A stretch of DNA of 63,069 bases, counting the filler, from Lenisia limosa (taxonomy: Eukaryota; Protista; Breviatea): NCBI GenBank assembly GCA_001655205.1. It is 18 parts of 18 records of this genome, joined end to end, with 100 filler letters (N's around TTAATTAATTAA, not from the genome) between each part and the next. Parts side by side here need not be neighbours in the genome. Positions count along the whole stretch, not along the records: positions 8,896 to 12,093 come from LPNZ01001401.1; positions 12,194 to 13,852 come from LPNZ01009750.1; positions 13,953 to 15,502 come from LPNZ01001233.1; positions 15,603 to 17,766 come from LPNZ01005825.1; positions 17,867 to 20,759 come from LPNZ01009268.1; positions 20,860 to 24,537 come from LPNZ01002311.1; positions 24,638 to 27,162 come from LPNZ01003263.1; 11 more parts are not named here. One strand, given 5' to 3'. Below are positions 12,079 through 24,820 of this stretch, piece by piece. A program made the translations under genes and the position numbers. The first letter of the stretch is position 1; each line of letters opens with the position of its first letter. Under the pieces are notes generated by a model that saw nothing but the letters and a program-made list of their open reading frames with translations, did no database searches and had not been told where the DNA came from.

Positions 12079-12585
12079 TTACACTATTTTATANNNNNNN
12101 NNNNNNNNNNNNNNNNNNNNNNNNNNNNNNNNNNNNNTTAATTAATTAANNNNNNNNNNNNNNNNNNNNNNNNNNNNNNNNNNNNNNNNNNNNCAGGTGA
12201 GTTGTATACTATATTCTATCGAAGATATAGCACTAAGATAATAAGGAAAATGTGCCTCCTGATTCGAGTTTATTTATAAACTAGGGACAATGCATGTGAT
12301 GATTGATCTTTGATCGGGCTCATATGACTTCCAAAATATTAACGGAATTGTTCCCACGGGGAACCCAAAAAGGGAGGTAAGCCACGGACCATTCTTGACA
12401 CGTTCCGGGGTTTCTGGATATATTTTTGGGATTTTAGCATTCTTNNNNNNNNNNNNNNNNNNNNNNNNNNNNNNNNNNNNNNNNNNNNNNNNNNNNNNNN
12501 NNNNNNNNNNNNNNNNNNNNNNNNNNNNNNNNNNNNNNNNNNNNNNNNNNNNNNNNNNNNNNNNNCTTTCCTTGACAAAACTGAT

Positions 12586-13823
12586 AACGAAACTCAAAAA
12601 CAACAAACAAACGATTCATCCAAAGAAGAGTTGCCCAGAGTCTTTACCCTCCGTACTTGTCAGTGGGAGGACGAAGGAGGAGAGGTGAAGGAGTCTGTAT
12701 GTCGAGTGCCTCGAGTGTATATATGTGTGGTGTATGTGTGCAAGTATTGAGTGGGAAATATTTTAGGGAATATATAATATAACTATGTCTTCACCTAGGA
12801 GGGGAGGGGTCTGTATACAGTATATTAGAGCTTCACTTTCGGTTTCGAAACACCGGTAAAATATCGCTATTTATCAAGGATTTATCGAGAATTCAGTCTT
12901 TTTTGGAACCGAAAGTGCAGCTCTATTATATATATATTCTAGTAAGAATATATATACGCCTTGGTCTTACCGCCTTGATGTCTTATTGGAATTCCCTTTA
13001 TAATTAACCCTAAGTAGAAGAGGCTTCGAGAAGGTTTCTCCCACCATCATCCAACCACCTTCTATTTGAAGAGTTAGAATGGTTGGTTTTTGTTGAAGAG
13101 ATATACTTTAGGGGCTCCGTGCAATTAATTGAAAATGCGAAATTTTAAGTAGACACAGTGTAACCAGAGCCCCATAANNNNNNNNNNNNNNNNNNNNNNN
13201 NNNNNNNNNNNNNNNNNNNNNNNNNNNNNNNNNNNNNNNNNNNNNNNNNNNNNNNNNNNNNNNNNNNNNNNNNNNNNNCTTGGGAAATCATAGAGCAAAT
13301 CGGTCAAGACTTATCTCAGTCACCATATTATAATGCCGCTATTGGGTGTTAGGAAACATATAGGTTTATTCATAACTCAATACTATTATTGAAGGGAGCA
13401 AGAAACTGTTGACTTGTCGGGCTGTTTTTCTTTCTTACTTGCTCTTTTGAATTTACTACGTGCTGTTTTGAAGATGTATGTACTATGTATATATTATGTG
13501 TCTGATAGATCTAGTATCAACAGGGGTAGTGGATTATGACATCCAATATCGTTTTTTGACCGATGTTCCTGGGGAAATCATATATCAAATCGGTCAAGGC
13601 TTACCACCTTCACCGTGCATAGTAGATGCGTATTGATTTGGCTTCACTTCGGTTCGAAAAAAGAATTTGTCGATTACCGGTCATTTTGGTGCCGAAGTGA
13701 AGCCCTAGTATTGATGGACATGCGTCAGTAACGGTTTAGGTGCAAGTATGGGGGCAGGAGGCGACAAAGGAGGATGAAGCGGATAGCAACACACATTTAC
13801 TGAAGTACCATCAAGAGACCGAG
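12586..13823 (+). CDS. Exons of an uncharacterised protein; partial
   Basis: Putative exons with GT donors: ...NDSSKEELPRVFTLRTCQWEDEGGE| (to about 12686), EEASRRFLPPSSNHLLFEELEW| (about 13013-13081) and ASMGQEATKEDEADSNTHLLKYHQETE| (about 13741-13823). No family was recognised. Confidence 0.4.
12828..12923. mobile_element. MITE family A, complete copy
   Basis: TA|GAGCTTCACTTTCGGTTTCG...GGAACCGAAAGTGCAGCTC|TA. Confidence 0.85.
13639..13705. mobile_element. MITE family A, internally deleted copy
   Basis: GGCTTCACTTCGGTTCG...CCGAAGTGAAGCCC|TA. Confidence 0.8.
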
Positions 13824-14221
13824 GTGGGGAGAGGGGGAGGGGGGTAAGGCTTNNNNNNNNNNNNNNNNNNNNNNNNNNNNNNNNNNNNNNNNNNNNTTAA
13901 TTAATTAANNNNNNNNNNNNNNNNNNNNNNNNNNNNNNNNNNNNNNNNNNNNAGAGGCCTCGGTTGGTTGAAGATCCACCAATGACCGAGTTCGTATTCG
14001 TATGTACTTGTGTGTGTAAGGAGCTGAGGAGAAAAGAGTAACACCGTGTTGATACTGGATACTGGATACTAATGTGTTAGCCCACCTGCGGCGGCGGGTA
14101 AGTTTATAAATAACAATTTGAGTTTTTAGGGAATAGGCAAATTCCCAGATCACACTGGATCACATTCCGCTTGATTTTTTTGCTCCTTTGGCTTGGCAGT
14201 CGTCGCAAGTCTCCGTAGTAC

Positions 14222-15278
14222 ATGATGAACAGCTATTGGAGTTTAGTTACAGGATGCAACCGTGGAATTGGCCTCGAGCTAGTTAAACAGCTCTTGGCTT
14301 CAGGAACTAAGGTGAGCTGACGGAAACTTCTCACTTTCTCGTCATCAGTTCAATTCCAGAAAATGAATTGAAATCAATTAATCAATTAATCTGAATATGA
14401 ATCAGATCTGAATAGATGCTCCTCGAAGGCCTTGGGAGAAAATTAACCTGTATATATTTACTCTCCAAGGTTATTGCCGTCTGCAGAACCGCTTCACCCG
14501 CGCTTAAGGAGCTTTCCGATGTTCATTCATCCGACAACTTTATGATTGTCCCAGGGAGTGGTGGGTGGGCACATCTCAGGCAAGTTGCCTCTTTCAGAAA
14601 ATGACCGTATTCCCCCTTCTAAAAATTGTTAAACATGGAATATCCACGGTTTTTACCATATTTTTTATTTTTGTTTCCAAATTGCTTCTGGTAATATACT
14701 GGAATCCTTCTTAATCATATCAGGGGTTTTTGGGTTGAGGAAATGTATGTATACTCTATCTAGACCTTTTTGGATCCACACCAATAATTGCCAAAATGAT
14801 TTACTCAATCAAGGAGGTATATACACTAACAGAGAGAAGTCCTGACACAAAAAGAAAAAAAAAATTGAGTTTTATAGCAAGCATGTCGGACTTATCGCGG
14901 TCACTCTATTCTAAATTACTCTTGGGTTCAATTCAAATGTTTCTTATTATGCAACTCAAGCTTCACTTCGGTTCGAAAAATGACTGAAGTTCTCGATAAA
15001 TCTTCGAAAACCTCCGATATTTTATTGCTCTTTTTCAAACCGGAGTGAAGCATTATTTGCAACATGTATTATTTCAAGCTCGTAGTTCTATAAATTAAAA
15101 ACTTGATTTCAAGATTTGAAGTGGGAAATATAACTAGAGCTGTATTTCTTACAACTCTGTGTACACTTTGCGTGCCTCCCCAGCATATTACATGATGTAA
15201 TTGTTCCAGACCTCACCGATTCTGAATCAATTGAAAAGGTTGCGTCTGGCCTGCCAAATGCCAGTATTGACTGTCTTA
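14222..15278 (+). CDS. Short-chain dehydrogenase/reductase (C-factor/CsgA-like SDR); 3' partial
   Basis: Exon 14222-14311 gives MMNSYWSLVTGCNRGIGLELVKQLLASGTK (TGxxxGxG motif). Exon from 14470 gives VIAVCRTASPALKELS. Exon 15210-15278 gives DLTDSESIEKVASGLPNASIDCL. Confidence 0.9.
14959..15051. mobile_element. MITE family A in an SDR intron
   Basis: AGCTTCACTTCGGTTCGAAAAATGACTGAAG...CAAACCGGAGTGAAGC. Confidence 0.8.
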
Positions 15279-15417
15279 GTGGGGGGGGGGGGATTGAGTC
15301 AATTGAATTGTTTAAAAAAACATATTGAATTATTTGAATGACCATCTAATATGTTTTTCATGTACTATTATACATATACTATCTATCTATATATTTACTA
15401 TGTATAATGTATAAATA

Positions 15418-15492
15418 CAGTGACCAGGATAAGTCTTGACCTATTTTCCTTGGGAAATCATACGAAATCGGTCACGACTTACTCCGGTCACT
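15418..15492. mobile_element. MITE family T (CAGTG-type TIR, Tc1/mariner-like)
   Basis: TA|CAGTGACCAGGATAAGTCTTGACC...GGTCACGACTTACTCCGGTCACT. Related copies lie at 13279, 13555, 15797, 40784, 41780 and 46396. Confidence 0.8.
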
Positions 15493-16549
15493 AATATATA
15501 TANNNNNNNNNNNNNNNNNNNNNNNNNNNNNNNNNNNNNNNNNNNNTTAATTAATTAANNNNNNNNNNNNNNNNNNNNNNNNNNNNNNNNNNNNNNNNNN
15601 NNCTACTATCACCCCACCCCCCACTCCAGTCACAGCCCTCGGTTAACACCCCCCTCGCCACCCTGGCTCTGCTCCTCTGAGTCGCAGCCCATGGCAAGTA
15701 ACGAAGACTTTAACGCATCATCTATGCTGCCCCAGAGACGGCGAAGGCATGATACCTCGTTCTAAATGGTGAGAATTGGGGGGTTCAGGAGGTTTCCTTT
15801 GGAAAATCACATAGCAAATCGGTTAAGACTTATCTCGGTCAGTGTCTAAATATCGATGACTTATCAAGTAATTCAATCATTTAGGAGGAAGTCTGGGGGG
15901 TTAAAGGCTAGGGAGTTGGGTGTTGCAAATTTCACAAAATGGAAAATAGGCATAGAGACCAATACGTTAATACGATTACATTATCAATATAATGAGATTA
16001 AACATGGACATAAACAGATTGATTCCCAATGGATGTCAATATAATGTGCCCAAACAGAGTATTCAAGAATGATTAGCTATGTTGTTTTTTTTGAGGCAAA
16101 GTCTAGATTGAAACTCGGAGCATAAATATCCGGCGGTTAAATTGGACAGATAAACACCCACATATGTACAAGTATATCTGAAGCCGTCCATGCTATCACC
16201 CTTATTGGAATAATAAAAAACAGCCCAGATAGTCCCCTGCATCAACATTTTTCATTTCTACATGTGTAATATACAATGACTGCGATATGTCCTGAAAAGA
16301 ATAATGAGATTTATATTTGTTCAATCGCGTCAGGACTTATCCCGGTTAGTGTATGTATGTGTTATGGAAAGAGATAATAACGTTAATTAATTTGGCATGA
16401 GTATCTGACCCATAATTTAAGACAAAGAAATAACAAACACTTTGTAACCCCATAAATAGTCATTAATGTTAAAATTGATAGAATTCTGTAAAGACACAGG
16501 ATCATGTGGAGTGGTGAAAACATGATCAAACCGATTTGCAAAAACCAAC

Positions 16550-17155
16550 CTCATATGATAGTTTAACAGATTCCGCCTGTTCAACTTGCGTTTCCAGGAT
16601 CTTTTGCTCCTCCTGCAGGGAGAGAACTTGCTCCTTCTGAGCTCTAAGCTTATAAGCGTCACCAAAGAATTCAGATTGTGGGCTTTCTTGGCTGGATTCC
16701 ACTTCCGCGTCTTGAGAAAGCTGGGAAATTGGCTCGTTCTCCATCTACATAGACGTGAGATGAAACGACTTGGCAAATAACCTCGTTCCAACCTTTGATC
16801 GTTTGCGGTTTAGCACACTATCAGGGACCTTGACACCCATCTTAGCCGCTATTTCAGCAATGGACATTACACCTCGCTTGAGATCCATTTTGGCAAACAA
16901 AGTACCAAAAGTGGTAAAGCCTGGCCCTACTAGACTTGTGTTTTTATGCGATTTCCTTTAATTAGAATAAACACCAAAACAAAAAGAAAGAGCACGAGAA
17001 ATAAAAATTATCTTATTTACACTATGAAAACCTAGGGTTACGTAACCCCACAGATTTCTACTGATGTTGTGATTTGACAATCCAATTCGAGGGTTCTCTC
17101 TTTTCTTCAATCCTCTAATCCTCCCAGATCCATCTTCAGTGAAACTATCAAACAT
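16550..17155 (-). CDS. Uncharacterised protein with an acidic/coiled-coil segment; 3' extent unresolved
   Basis: MFDSFTEDGSGRIRGLKKRENPRIG..., then PGFTTFGTLFAKMDLKRGVMSIAEIAAKMGVKVPDSVLNRKRSK spliced in phase to MENEPISQLSQDAEVESSQESPQSEFFGDAYKLRAQKEQVLSLQEEQKILETQVEQAESVKLSYE. Confidence 0.55.
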
Positions 17156-17312
17156 TGATTGAAATCAGGACAACAAAAAAAAAGCTGATCTGCAACAAAT
17201 AACTCTGATTCTATGCTAAATCTGCAATTTCTAAACTGCTCAACTTTGAGGCTGAGTCAAGGCTAAATCAGCAATTCCCTCGAAATATACATTACGAAAA
17301 CAACAGACATAT

Positions 17313-17766
17313 CTACCTCCGATAGCGGAATCTCTTAAATCTAATTCGTCAAAACCAGTAATGCGCAGGTAGCGAAACAAATAATAGAAAAACGGTACAT
17401 AAAAGTTCATTCTACAAAATAAGTCCATACTCTACCCCCCACCTAAAGTACAATCTTAAGATGTTGCGATCGTAAGTGCACTTGAAGCCGTATTTGAGGA
17501 ACATGTCCCATTCCTTATCCGCGATCTTGAACGCAAGGTCAAGGTATCTTAAGAGTGAGTGAGGATTAATTGGGGAATTTTTGATTTTGAGGGTAGATGC
17601 GGGGCTTTGTCTTTTATTTAATATTTCATCTTATCTCCTTATTCTATTATTTTGGATTATTGTTTTCATTTATGGTTAATTTGCTGAAAATAAAAATGAA
17701 TAGGGGGTGCCCACGGCGGTCCGGCCGAGAAGTGGATAGTGACCAAGTCGGCCTCCTTATCGCCTT
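17313..17766 (-). CDS. CACTIN: Cactin C-terminal domain (spliceosome-associated); 5' partial
   Basis: Exons 17715-17766, 17443-17547 and 17313-17340 join in phase to EADLVTIHFSAGPPYLDLAFKIADKEWDMFLKYGFKCTYDRNILRLYFRFKRFRYRR*. This matches the Cactin C-terminus (AGPPYEDIAFKIV..EW...GF.C.F..GI..L.F.FKRYRYRR). Confidence 0.95.
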
Positions 17767-17866
17767 NNNNNNNNNNNNNNNNNNNNNNNNNNNNNNNNNN
17801 NNNNNNNNNNTTAATTAATTAANNNNNNNNNNNNNNNNNNNNNNNNNNNNNNNNNNNNNNNNNNNN

Positions 17867-17925
17867 GTCCACTCCCCAGCTTCTCATGGCCCTGTGTCCA
17901 CTCCCCAGCTTCTCATGGCCCTGTG
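17867..17925. repeat. 29-bp tandem duplication
   Basis: GTCCACTCCCCAGCTTCTCATGGCCCTGT x2. Confidence 0.85.
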
Positions 17926-19092
17926 TACTGACAAAGTTGTTGCTGCTTCTTATCATATTTAAACTGAAGAATTATTACAGAAATGCTGTCATTCTTATAG
18001 GTGCGCTTCAAAATTTATCACCAAAAAAAAATTCGCCTGGAACTGCACCCAACGTTTTGCTCCTACTTTGGGCGCTTTGATGCAAACGGTCAAAAAGAAC
18101 ACAATGAGGCTCTTCCTTTTAGCATTGCCAAATATATATTATGAAGTCAAAGACATGAATTTTTTTGATTTAAGTCGAAAACGGGGAGCTAAAGGAAAAG
18201 CTTTCGTGGTTTTTGAGCTCCAAGCAAAAGAAAAAGCGATCAAAGGACCAAAAGAAACGAAGTGATTTGTTTTCAACCATGATGGCTGACAAATCGGTGA
18301 GATTTTTTTTAAAAAAGTGGTTTTGAACTGATAGAGAAGTCTTCATTATGAAAGCTAGTTTAGGTTTGATGAAGATATGGAAATTCTATTAACCCAGTAT
18401 TATTACTGTTTTTTCTTACAACTCTTGTGCTTGTTTGTTCAGGAATTGATGTTCCCCCCTGTGGTCTATGCAACACATGTACGAAGAGGAGTTGCCGAAA
18501 GCCCTCAAGAGAGAGTAGCATGTTCTGTTGTTCGTATTGAAATTTTTCTCTTCACCTTTCTGGATGGCATCTTGCTACCAAATTGAGCCATTGAAGGTTA
18601 TTATGTTTCAGATCAAAGAGGTTACAGGCTAGATCGTCACTATGCTTCTTGCCAGCTGAAAAGAAAACCCTAAATGGACTGGTTGAGGCACTTGACAAAC
18701 AACTGCTAATGTACTGCAAGTAGCAGTTGAGAGTCCCCGACAAAGTGGCCTCAAAAGATATGCTCTTATCTATTGCTCGGTGTGTTGGACTTTGTCTCTC
18801 CCCCCCTCTCCAAATTTCACAATATCCCTTATGATTCTCAGTGTGTTTCCAAGAAGTGGTGATGACCTCACCTGTCCACCGGAGTCACCATGTTTATCTG
18901 ATCTAATACAAGGATAGATAGCAATATAGCATTGTATATTGATGATAAATACAATTCCGTTCGGCGTACCAACGGTGGCGATGCGGTCAATTGAAAGACT
19001 CTTTGCCTTCATATCATAGGCGCCAAACAGCGCGTTGAGTGTGCTGAAAACCTACAAGTATTACGTATCGGATGGTGGTAAACATATGACTT

Positions 19093-19155
19093 GAGCTTCA
19101 CTTTCGGTTCCAAGACTAAATTCTCGCAGGTGTTTTGGAACCGAAAGTGAAGCTC
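19093..19155. mobile_element. MITE family A, short copy
   Basis: GAGCTTCACTTTCGGTTCC...GGAACCGAAAGTGAAGCTC|TA. Confidence 0.8.
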
Positions 19156-20058
19156 TACGTATGACGGTGGTAAACAATTCTAGGGGGTGGGTATTAGAGG
19201 GGTGCTATGGAGAGGGTATTACGGGAATTAGGAGACAGGTAATGTGGGTACCCCCCTACACCGCCCTAGGGGGGGGGGNNNNNNNNNNNNNNNNNNNNNN
19301 NNNNNNNNNNNNNNNNNNNNNNNNNNNNNNNNNNNNNNNNNNNNNNNNNNNNNNNNNNNNNNNNNNNNNNCACTTCCAGTTCTAAAAGCCACGATACACT
19401 ATGGAGGATTTATCGAGAGTGTAAAATATTCTCATGGATTTGGAGTACAGCTTTTGGCTACTTTTGGACAAAATTCATGGATTTAGAGCTCGGTTGAGAT
19501 AAAGTAATGATTCTGGTTTGGAGACCTGTGTTAAACAACCGTAACAGAAGCAGAATTGCATTGCCCCTCGACCTCCAGGGGGGACGACGCGCCGGAGAAC
19601 GTGGCAAATCGCGTCAATGAGGCGTAAATAACGGTGGCATCCGTGAGCTCGTCGAAACGTCGTTGCAGCTNNNNNNNNNNNNNNNNNNNNNNNNNNNNNN
19701 NNNNNNNNNNNNNNNNNNNNNNNNNNNNNNNNNNNNNNNNNNNNNNNNNNNNNNNNNNNNNNNNNNNNNNNNNNNNNNCACTCGCCGTTACTAGGGGAAT
19801 CATTTTTTATGATTATTCAAGTGAGCCAATGGGAACATCGCACCCCTCCCCTTGAATATTTGTATGATTATTCAATTGGACCATTGGGAATATTGTCCCT
19901 CCTCCCCCCAATTCTACCATTGTTGTAACTAGGTTGCGTTAGCCTTGTCCCATATTACCTCCTGTTCATTTGCCACGGCCCTTGGAGGCATTAAGAGGCT
20001 CAAAAGATGCCAGGACTGTCTACTGGCTTCAACAAGAGCCTAAGAAGGTCAGTTGATA

Positions 20059-20150
20059 GTGCCCTTACGGTACAAAAAAGACCGGTCAAATATCGATATT
20101 TATCAAGGTTTATCGAGAAATTCAGTCTTTTTTGGGACCGCAGGAAGCCC
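20059..20150. mobile_element. MITE family A, subfamily A' (GGGCTTCCCTACGGTCC-type TIR)
   Basis: The family-A interior ends GGGACCGCAGGAAGCCC|TA. A' copies also lie at 20860-20943 and 22107-22192. Confidence 0.75.
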
Positions 20151-20650
20151 TAGCTTCATTCCATCCTCAGAATTAATTCCCAAAAATTCTTCGACAATTC
20201 CTCCCTAATTAAATAGTGGAAAAATGATAGGCTACGAGGAGCTATAGGAGTTCTATGAGCTAGGTAAGTTTCACTGAGTAATTCAGCTACTCAGACCCCC
20301 TCCCAATTCAGTTTCCATTCCTTNNNNNNNNNNNNNNNNNNNNNNNNNNNNNNNNNNNNNNNNNNNNNNNNNNNNNNNNNNNNNNNNNNNNNNNNNNNNN
20401 NNNNNNNNNNNNNNNNNNNTGAGGAACGCATATCGACAGATTTCACGATAGTAATATTAGAGAAAAGCAGCAAACAAAAATAATATTGAAAAAAGTAAAA
20501 AAACGGCAATGAGAAGTTGCAGAAGAGAACACTCAGCACCCATATTACCCAAGTGCTTACTGAGGTTTGGATGAAGACCTCGCGTTCATGTGAATGTCGT
20601 CTCCCCTAGGAAAGTAAGTGCAATCCACTATATTGACCCCACTCCAACCA

Positions 20651-20747
20651 GGGCTTCACTTCGGTTCGAAAAAGACCGGGTAAAATATTGATAGTTTTCG
20701 AGGATTTATCGAGAAATTCAGTCTTTTTCTGAACCGAAGTGAAGCTC
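20651..20747. mobile_element. MITE family A, near-consensus copy
   Basis: GGGCTTCACTTCGGTTCGAAAAAGACCGG...CAGTCTTTTTCTGAACCGAAGTGAAGCTC. Confidence 0.85.
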
Positions 20748-21012
20748 TTTGCAGTTGACNNNNNNNNNNNNNNNNNNNNNNNNNNNNNNNNNNNNNNNNN
20801 NNNTTAATTAATTAANNNNNNNNNNNNNNNNNNNNNNNNNNNNNNNNNNNNNNNNNNNNGGTCCCAAAAAAGACCGAATTTCTCAAACAATCCTTGATGA
20901 ACATCTATATTTCAACTGTCTTTTTTGGACCGTAGGGAAGCCCAAGGTATGACCTTGAAAGGAAGTAATTGAATCTTTATTTCACCCCCCCTCTCCCCCC
21001 TTGACCCTTCAG

Positions 21013-21273
21013 ACGGCAGCAGGGCTGTTCTTCCAGTGCCTAGTGCTTCAAACACGCGGGTACATCAGAGTTCAACAGGTGGGAGTGTGATTTTTACCAG
21101 AGAGAAGCCTTAGGCAGTTCATGATGCAACTGTTTCCACTCCCTCCGCCATTGTTTCATAACTTACCGTATTAGGCAAGCCTGAATGGGGATATTAGTAT
21201 CCGCAAGGGGCAAAGATGGGGAGACGATGTCGAAATTAGTCAGCCAGTCGAGGAGATAGAAGATTCTCTTGAA
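21013..21273 (+). CDS. Rad21/Rec8-family kleisin, C-terminal winged-helix region; 5' partial
   Basis: Exons 21013-21078 and 21175-21273 give TAAGLFFQCLVLQTRGYIRVQQ|ASLNGDISIRKGQRWGDDVEISQPVEEIEEFS*. This matches AA..FY..LVL.T..YI.V.Q..PYGDI.I. Rad21 and Rec8 cannot be distinguished from this fragment. Confidence 0.85.
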
Positions 21274-21689
21274 TTCTAGGCTCTAGCTGCAGGCGGTTTT
21301 GTTTTATTATTTTCTATTTCTGTATCATGCATTTTAGTCTTCAGTAGTTCACGTCAGGTCAAGCTTCAGGTTTATTATTGGATACTCGGAACCCTCTATA
21401 AGGACCTATCTATTACTCTGAATTTCTTACAATATGGCATTCATCATAGGTTGGAGAGTTTATTTTATCACCAGTTGGACACCAGAAAAATCCTGCACTT
21501 TTGGGATTGTGCCACCCCGAGAGAGCGAGAATAACGAGCGCAGGACTCAATACTTGTTATGGTAGATAATAGTAGAATCTGGAGGAGAGAAAGCTTGTGG
21601 TCATATTTCATACATAATATGTATGTGTAATCAGTATGATGAATACAAAAAGGGGTAACTTTAATAAATAATAAAATGCAACAAGGCCG

Positions 21690-24428
21690 CTAGTGTAGGC
21701 CCATTTTGGTACATCCTGGGCAGTAGTAGCGGTCACTGTTGCCCTTGACATAGTTGACACATTTGTAATGGAACCATTCACCGTGTGGACACTGGAAAGG
21801 GTCAGATTTTGGATTTTGGAGGAAATGCCAGCATCGCAAAAGCCAAAACTACAGAAAAAGAAGGAGAGGATGCTTCAAGCTTTCAATGCCCACCTCTTCG
21901 TTGTCGCATCCGACCATCTCAGCCCCCGTTTCTTGCTTGCAGATGCAGTATTTGGACTTTGGAAAAGCTGCAGGATGAGAAAAAAAAACGAAGACTCATC
22001 AGAATATTGAGGCAACATGCTGATTGAGATATTGGTTTTTATAACAAGAACATCCAAAATATCAAATTTTTGGCCTCTCGTAATGGGTGAAAAAGTGACA
22101 GAACTAGGGCTTCCCTACGGTCCGAAAAAGACCGGTAAAATATCGATATTTATCGAAGATTTATCGAGAAATTCAGTCTTTTTGGGACTCCCTAGACAGT
22201 ACGGTCCGTATAAAAACTGAATTACGTGACCATTTTAGCTTACGCTTTGTTACAGGTTCCGGTGCCGGCGGGGCAGCTACAGAGGGGGCTGCAGTTCTAA
22301 TATCGTAAAATGGGAAACATCAAAAAACAGTACATCATTTTTGTGTAACCAAGGGGGTGGGGATATAGTTGTGGATAGGGGCACATTTGAGATGTAGGTT
22401 CCTTACTGGTGAAGACTTGAGACAGAGTTAGAGAACAAAGACGATGCTGTCAGCCCCTCAAACTTTTGGCTTTTTGTACTTCTAGAAACCTTATTTGAGT
22501 GTCTTGGCATTATGGGCTTCTCCTCAATCACCACAGCCTACAGAACATTACAATCAGAATGTTGAAACAAAGCAAAAAACAGGTCCAATGAAGAGTGATG
22601 ACGCAAAGCAACAAATATCTCACCATGAGATTGTACTATTTAGAGGAAGAAGGTTAGTGAAGAAAGAGAACAAAATATGGGCTAGAAGACCCCCCCTCCC
22701 CCAGGCCCCACGTCTTTACTCTTGAAGGTCTTGCGCTGCGGCTGCCGATGCTTGGCTGGGAGTTCGGTGTTATAATGCCCACCTCGGTCGGTGCCCTTTG
22801 TCCGTGCCGCGGCCAATTCCTTCGAGTTTTGGGCTCGGATCTTCTTCCGCCGGTTTTCGAGGTCGCGTTGTTCAGCCTCGTCCTTTCCTAATTTGGTAAG
22901 TCCTTCTCAAAAAGGAAATTGGATAATGACAAGTTAGATCAATGACTTTGCTTACTCTTGAGACGCACGTAGACTGGGTCAACTAGAAGAGTAAAGAAAA
23001 ATAATACAAAAGGCTTGTCATTAGAGCAGGTCTTATCGAGGATTTCATGTCGATCCAAAATTAGCCGCCTTTTTATGCCCAAAGTGAAACCTGAACATGC
23101 TCTACGGGGAAATCCGATAGTTTGCCAAGAACCTCACCTTTTTGTGGTATTCTTGCCAAAATAGGAAGGTCTCTCGACTGGAAGCCGAGATCCCGGAACT
23201 GTTCCTCGGTTAGTGTGCTGAAATTATCGATGGTTTTTCGAAGCGTCACGGTTGACACGTCAGCATAGTTGGGATGCGTGTACCTAGCGGCGGGGTTACA
23301 TGGTTAGGTTCCAAAAAATGCTTCTCATTCCAGTATAATAAAACACTCACAAACAGCAAATAAAAAGATTAAATCTATGGGGAGGATGGGGGGTTTGAAA
23401 AACCCTTCCAAAAAGATAGAAGAAGAATTTGCCATTTTTGCAGCTCCATATCCCAATAATAAACATGTTTGCAAAGAAAAAACAGCGGTTGTCAAAGAAA
23501 TCAGCGTCATACTTTTCACCAGAAATCTGATAATCTCGTTGCATTGCTTCCTCCTGTGCCTTCAAGTAGTCCTCAAGTTTGACTGAAGCGTAAGTTGTCT
23601 TTGATGGCATTCGTCGTTAGAGAACGGTTAGGTCACAAAATGATCAATTACTATTTCACAAACGCAAAAGAAACAGAAAAAGTAAAACAAGGATTGTCAC
23701 TACCACTCAAAGCTCACCTGAACGTGAGAGGTCTTGCTCAAAGTTTCTCAATTCCATTTCAAGCACTTTGACCTTATCATGGATCTAAAAGGTGACACAA
23801 GACAGTGCCAAAGAGGAAAGGGAATTTTCATTTGAGTCAATGTTTCGGCTAAACACCCATCATCATCGTTCTACATGACCATTTCTCTCTGAGACTCACT
23901 TTATCATAGGTTTGAGTAGCAAGTTCACACTTTTCGGAGTTGAGAGCAAAGCACTTTTGTAGGTTGCCTAATACGTTAACAAATAGCCTGTTGCAACAAT
24001 TTGTCGGTATACGATGGTACACAGAAAACACAAAGCCGCCGACTCTTTATTGCCTCAAGCTTCATAGCAGCTTCAGGGGTGCGCTGCTTCTGTGTGGAGA
24101 CGTAGAGCTTCGAATATTCACTGGACATGTGCTCAATCTCCAACATCAGCTCTAATTTGTAAGTGGAAAACGTATGGCAATTTCTTAAGATGAACCCGAA
24201 ATTAAAGTCTGAGAGTTTTGGCGGGTATTGTTCCCAATTTTGAAACAAAATTATAGACATCATATAATACTAATATGAGAAAAAACAAGATCAACATGAA
24301 TAGGAAACAGTACTGATATGGACGTAATGATGCCTACCTAGTCTATCCACGCTTACTGTGACTTTCTTTGTCGATGTTCAACATTTGGTTGAACCGATCA
24401 CGAAGAGTCGTAGGAATTTGGTCAATAT
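21690..24428 (-). CDS. ING-family (inhibitor of growth) chromatin reader: ING N-terminal helical domain plus C-terminal PHD finger; first exon not located
   Basis: N-terminal exons give IDQIPTTLRDRFNQMLNIDKE, LMLEIEHMSSEYSKLY, NLQKCFALNSEKCELATQTYDK and VKVLEMELRNFEQDLSRS. The PHD reads KYCICKQETGAEMVGCDNEE|CPHGEWFHYKCVNYVKGNSDRYYCPGCTKMGLH* (stop 21690-21692). Confidence 0.92.
22107..22192. mobile_element. MITE family A' in an ING intron
   Basis: TA|GGGCTTCCCTACGGTCCGAAAAAGACCGG... followed by the family-A interior. Confidence 0.8.
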
Positions 24429-24820
24429 CTTTGTGTGTTAATCGAAAGATGCGATGCGATTAAACTTTGGTTAATGAGACGCAATTGCAATAAGAACATC
24501 CCTAAACTCCAACAATACCGCCATATACCCCCATACTNNNNNNNNNNNNNNNNNNNNNNNNNNNNNNNNNNNNNNNNNNNNTTAATTAATTAANNNNNNN
24601 NNNNNNNNNNNNNNNNNNNNNNNNNNNNNNNNNNNNNATATATGTATCTGATATGTAGATATGCATATATATGATATATAATATATCACACATATAGTAT
24701 ATATACACTGTAATCTATACTATATCATAGATGAGATATTATATATTATAAATATTCGAAAATTATCGATATTTTACCGATTTGTCGAACCAAAGTGGGG
24801 CACTCCCGCTACCTAATAAG

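Noticed and set aside
17455-17545. Plus-strand exon DVAIVSALEAVFEEHVPFLIRDLERKVK suggesting overlapping genes
   Set aside because: It is the antisense shadow of the Cactin exon, which matches a conserved family on the minus strand.
17930-20050. Candidate exons in contig 7 (Cys cluster CGLCNTCTKESC, WD40-like DRIATVGTPNG, PRPLEALRGSKDARTVYWLQQEPKK)
   Set aside because: The candidates fall on both strands and could not be joined in phase. Coding DNA is probably present, but no supportable model was found.
20651-20747. Family A as a CRISPR repeat or tRNA-derived SINE (GGTTCGAA)
   Set aside because: Copies are dispersed and not regularly spaced, and they have TIRs and TA flanks. There is no A-box, no tail and no cas gene.
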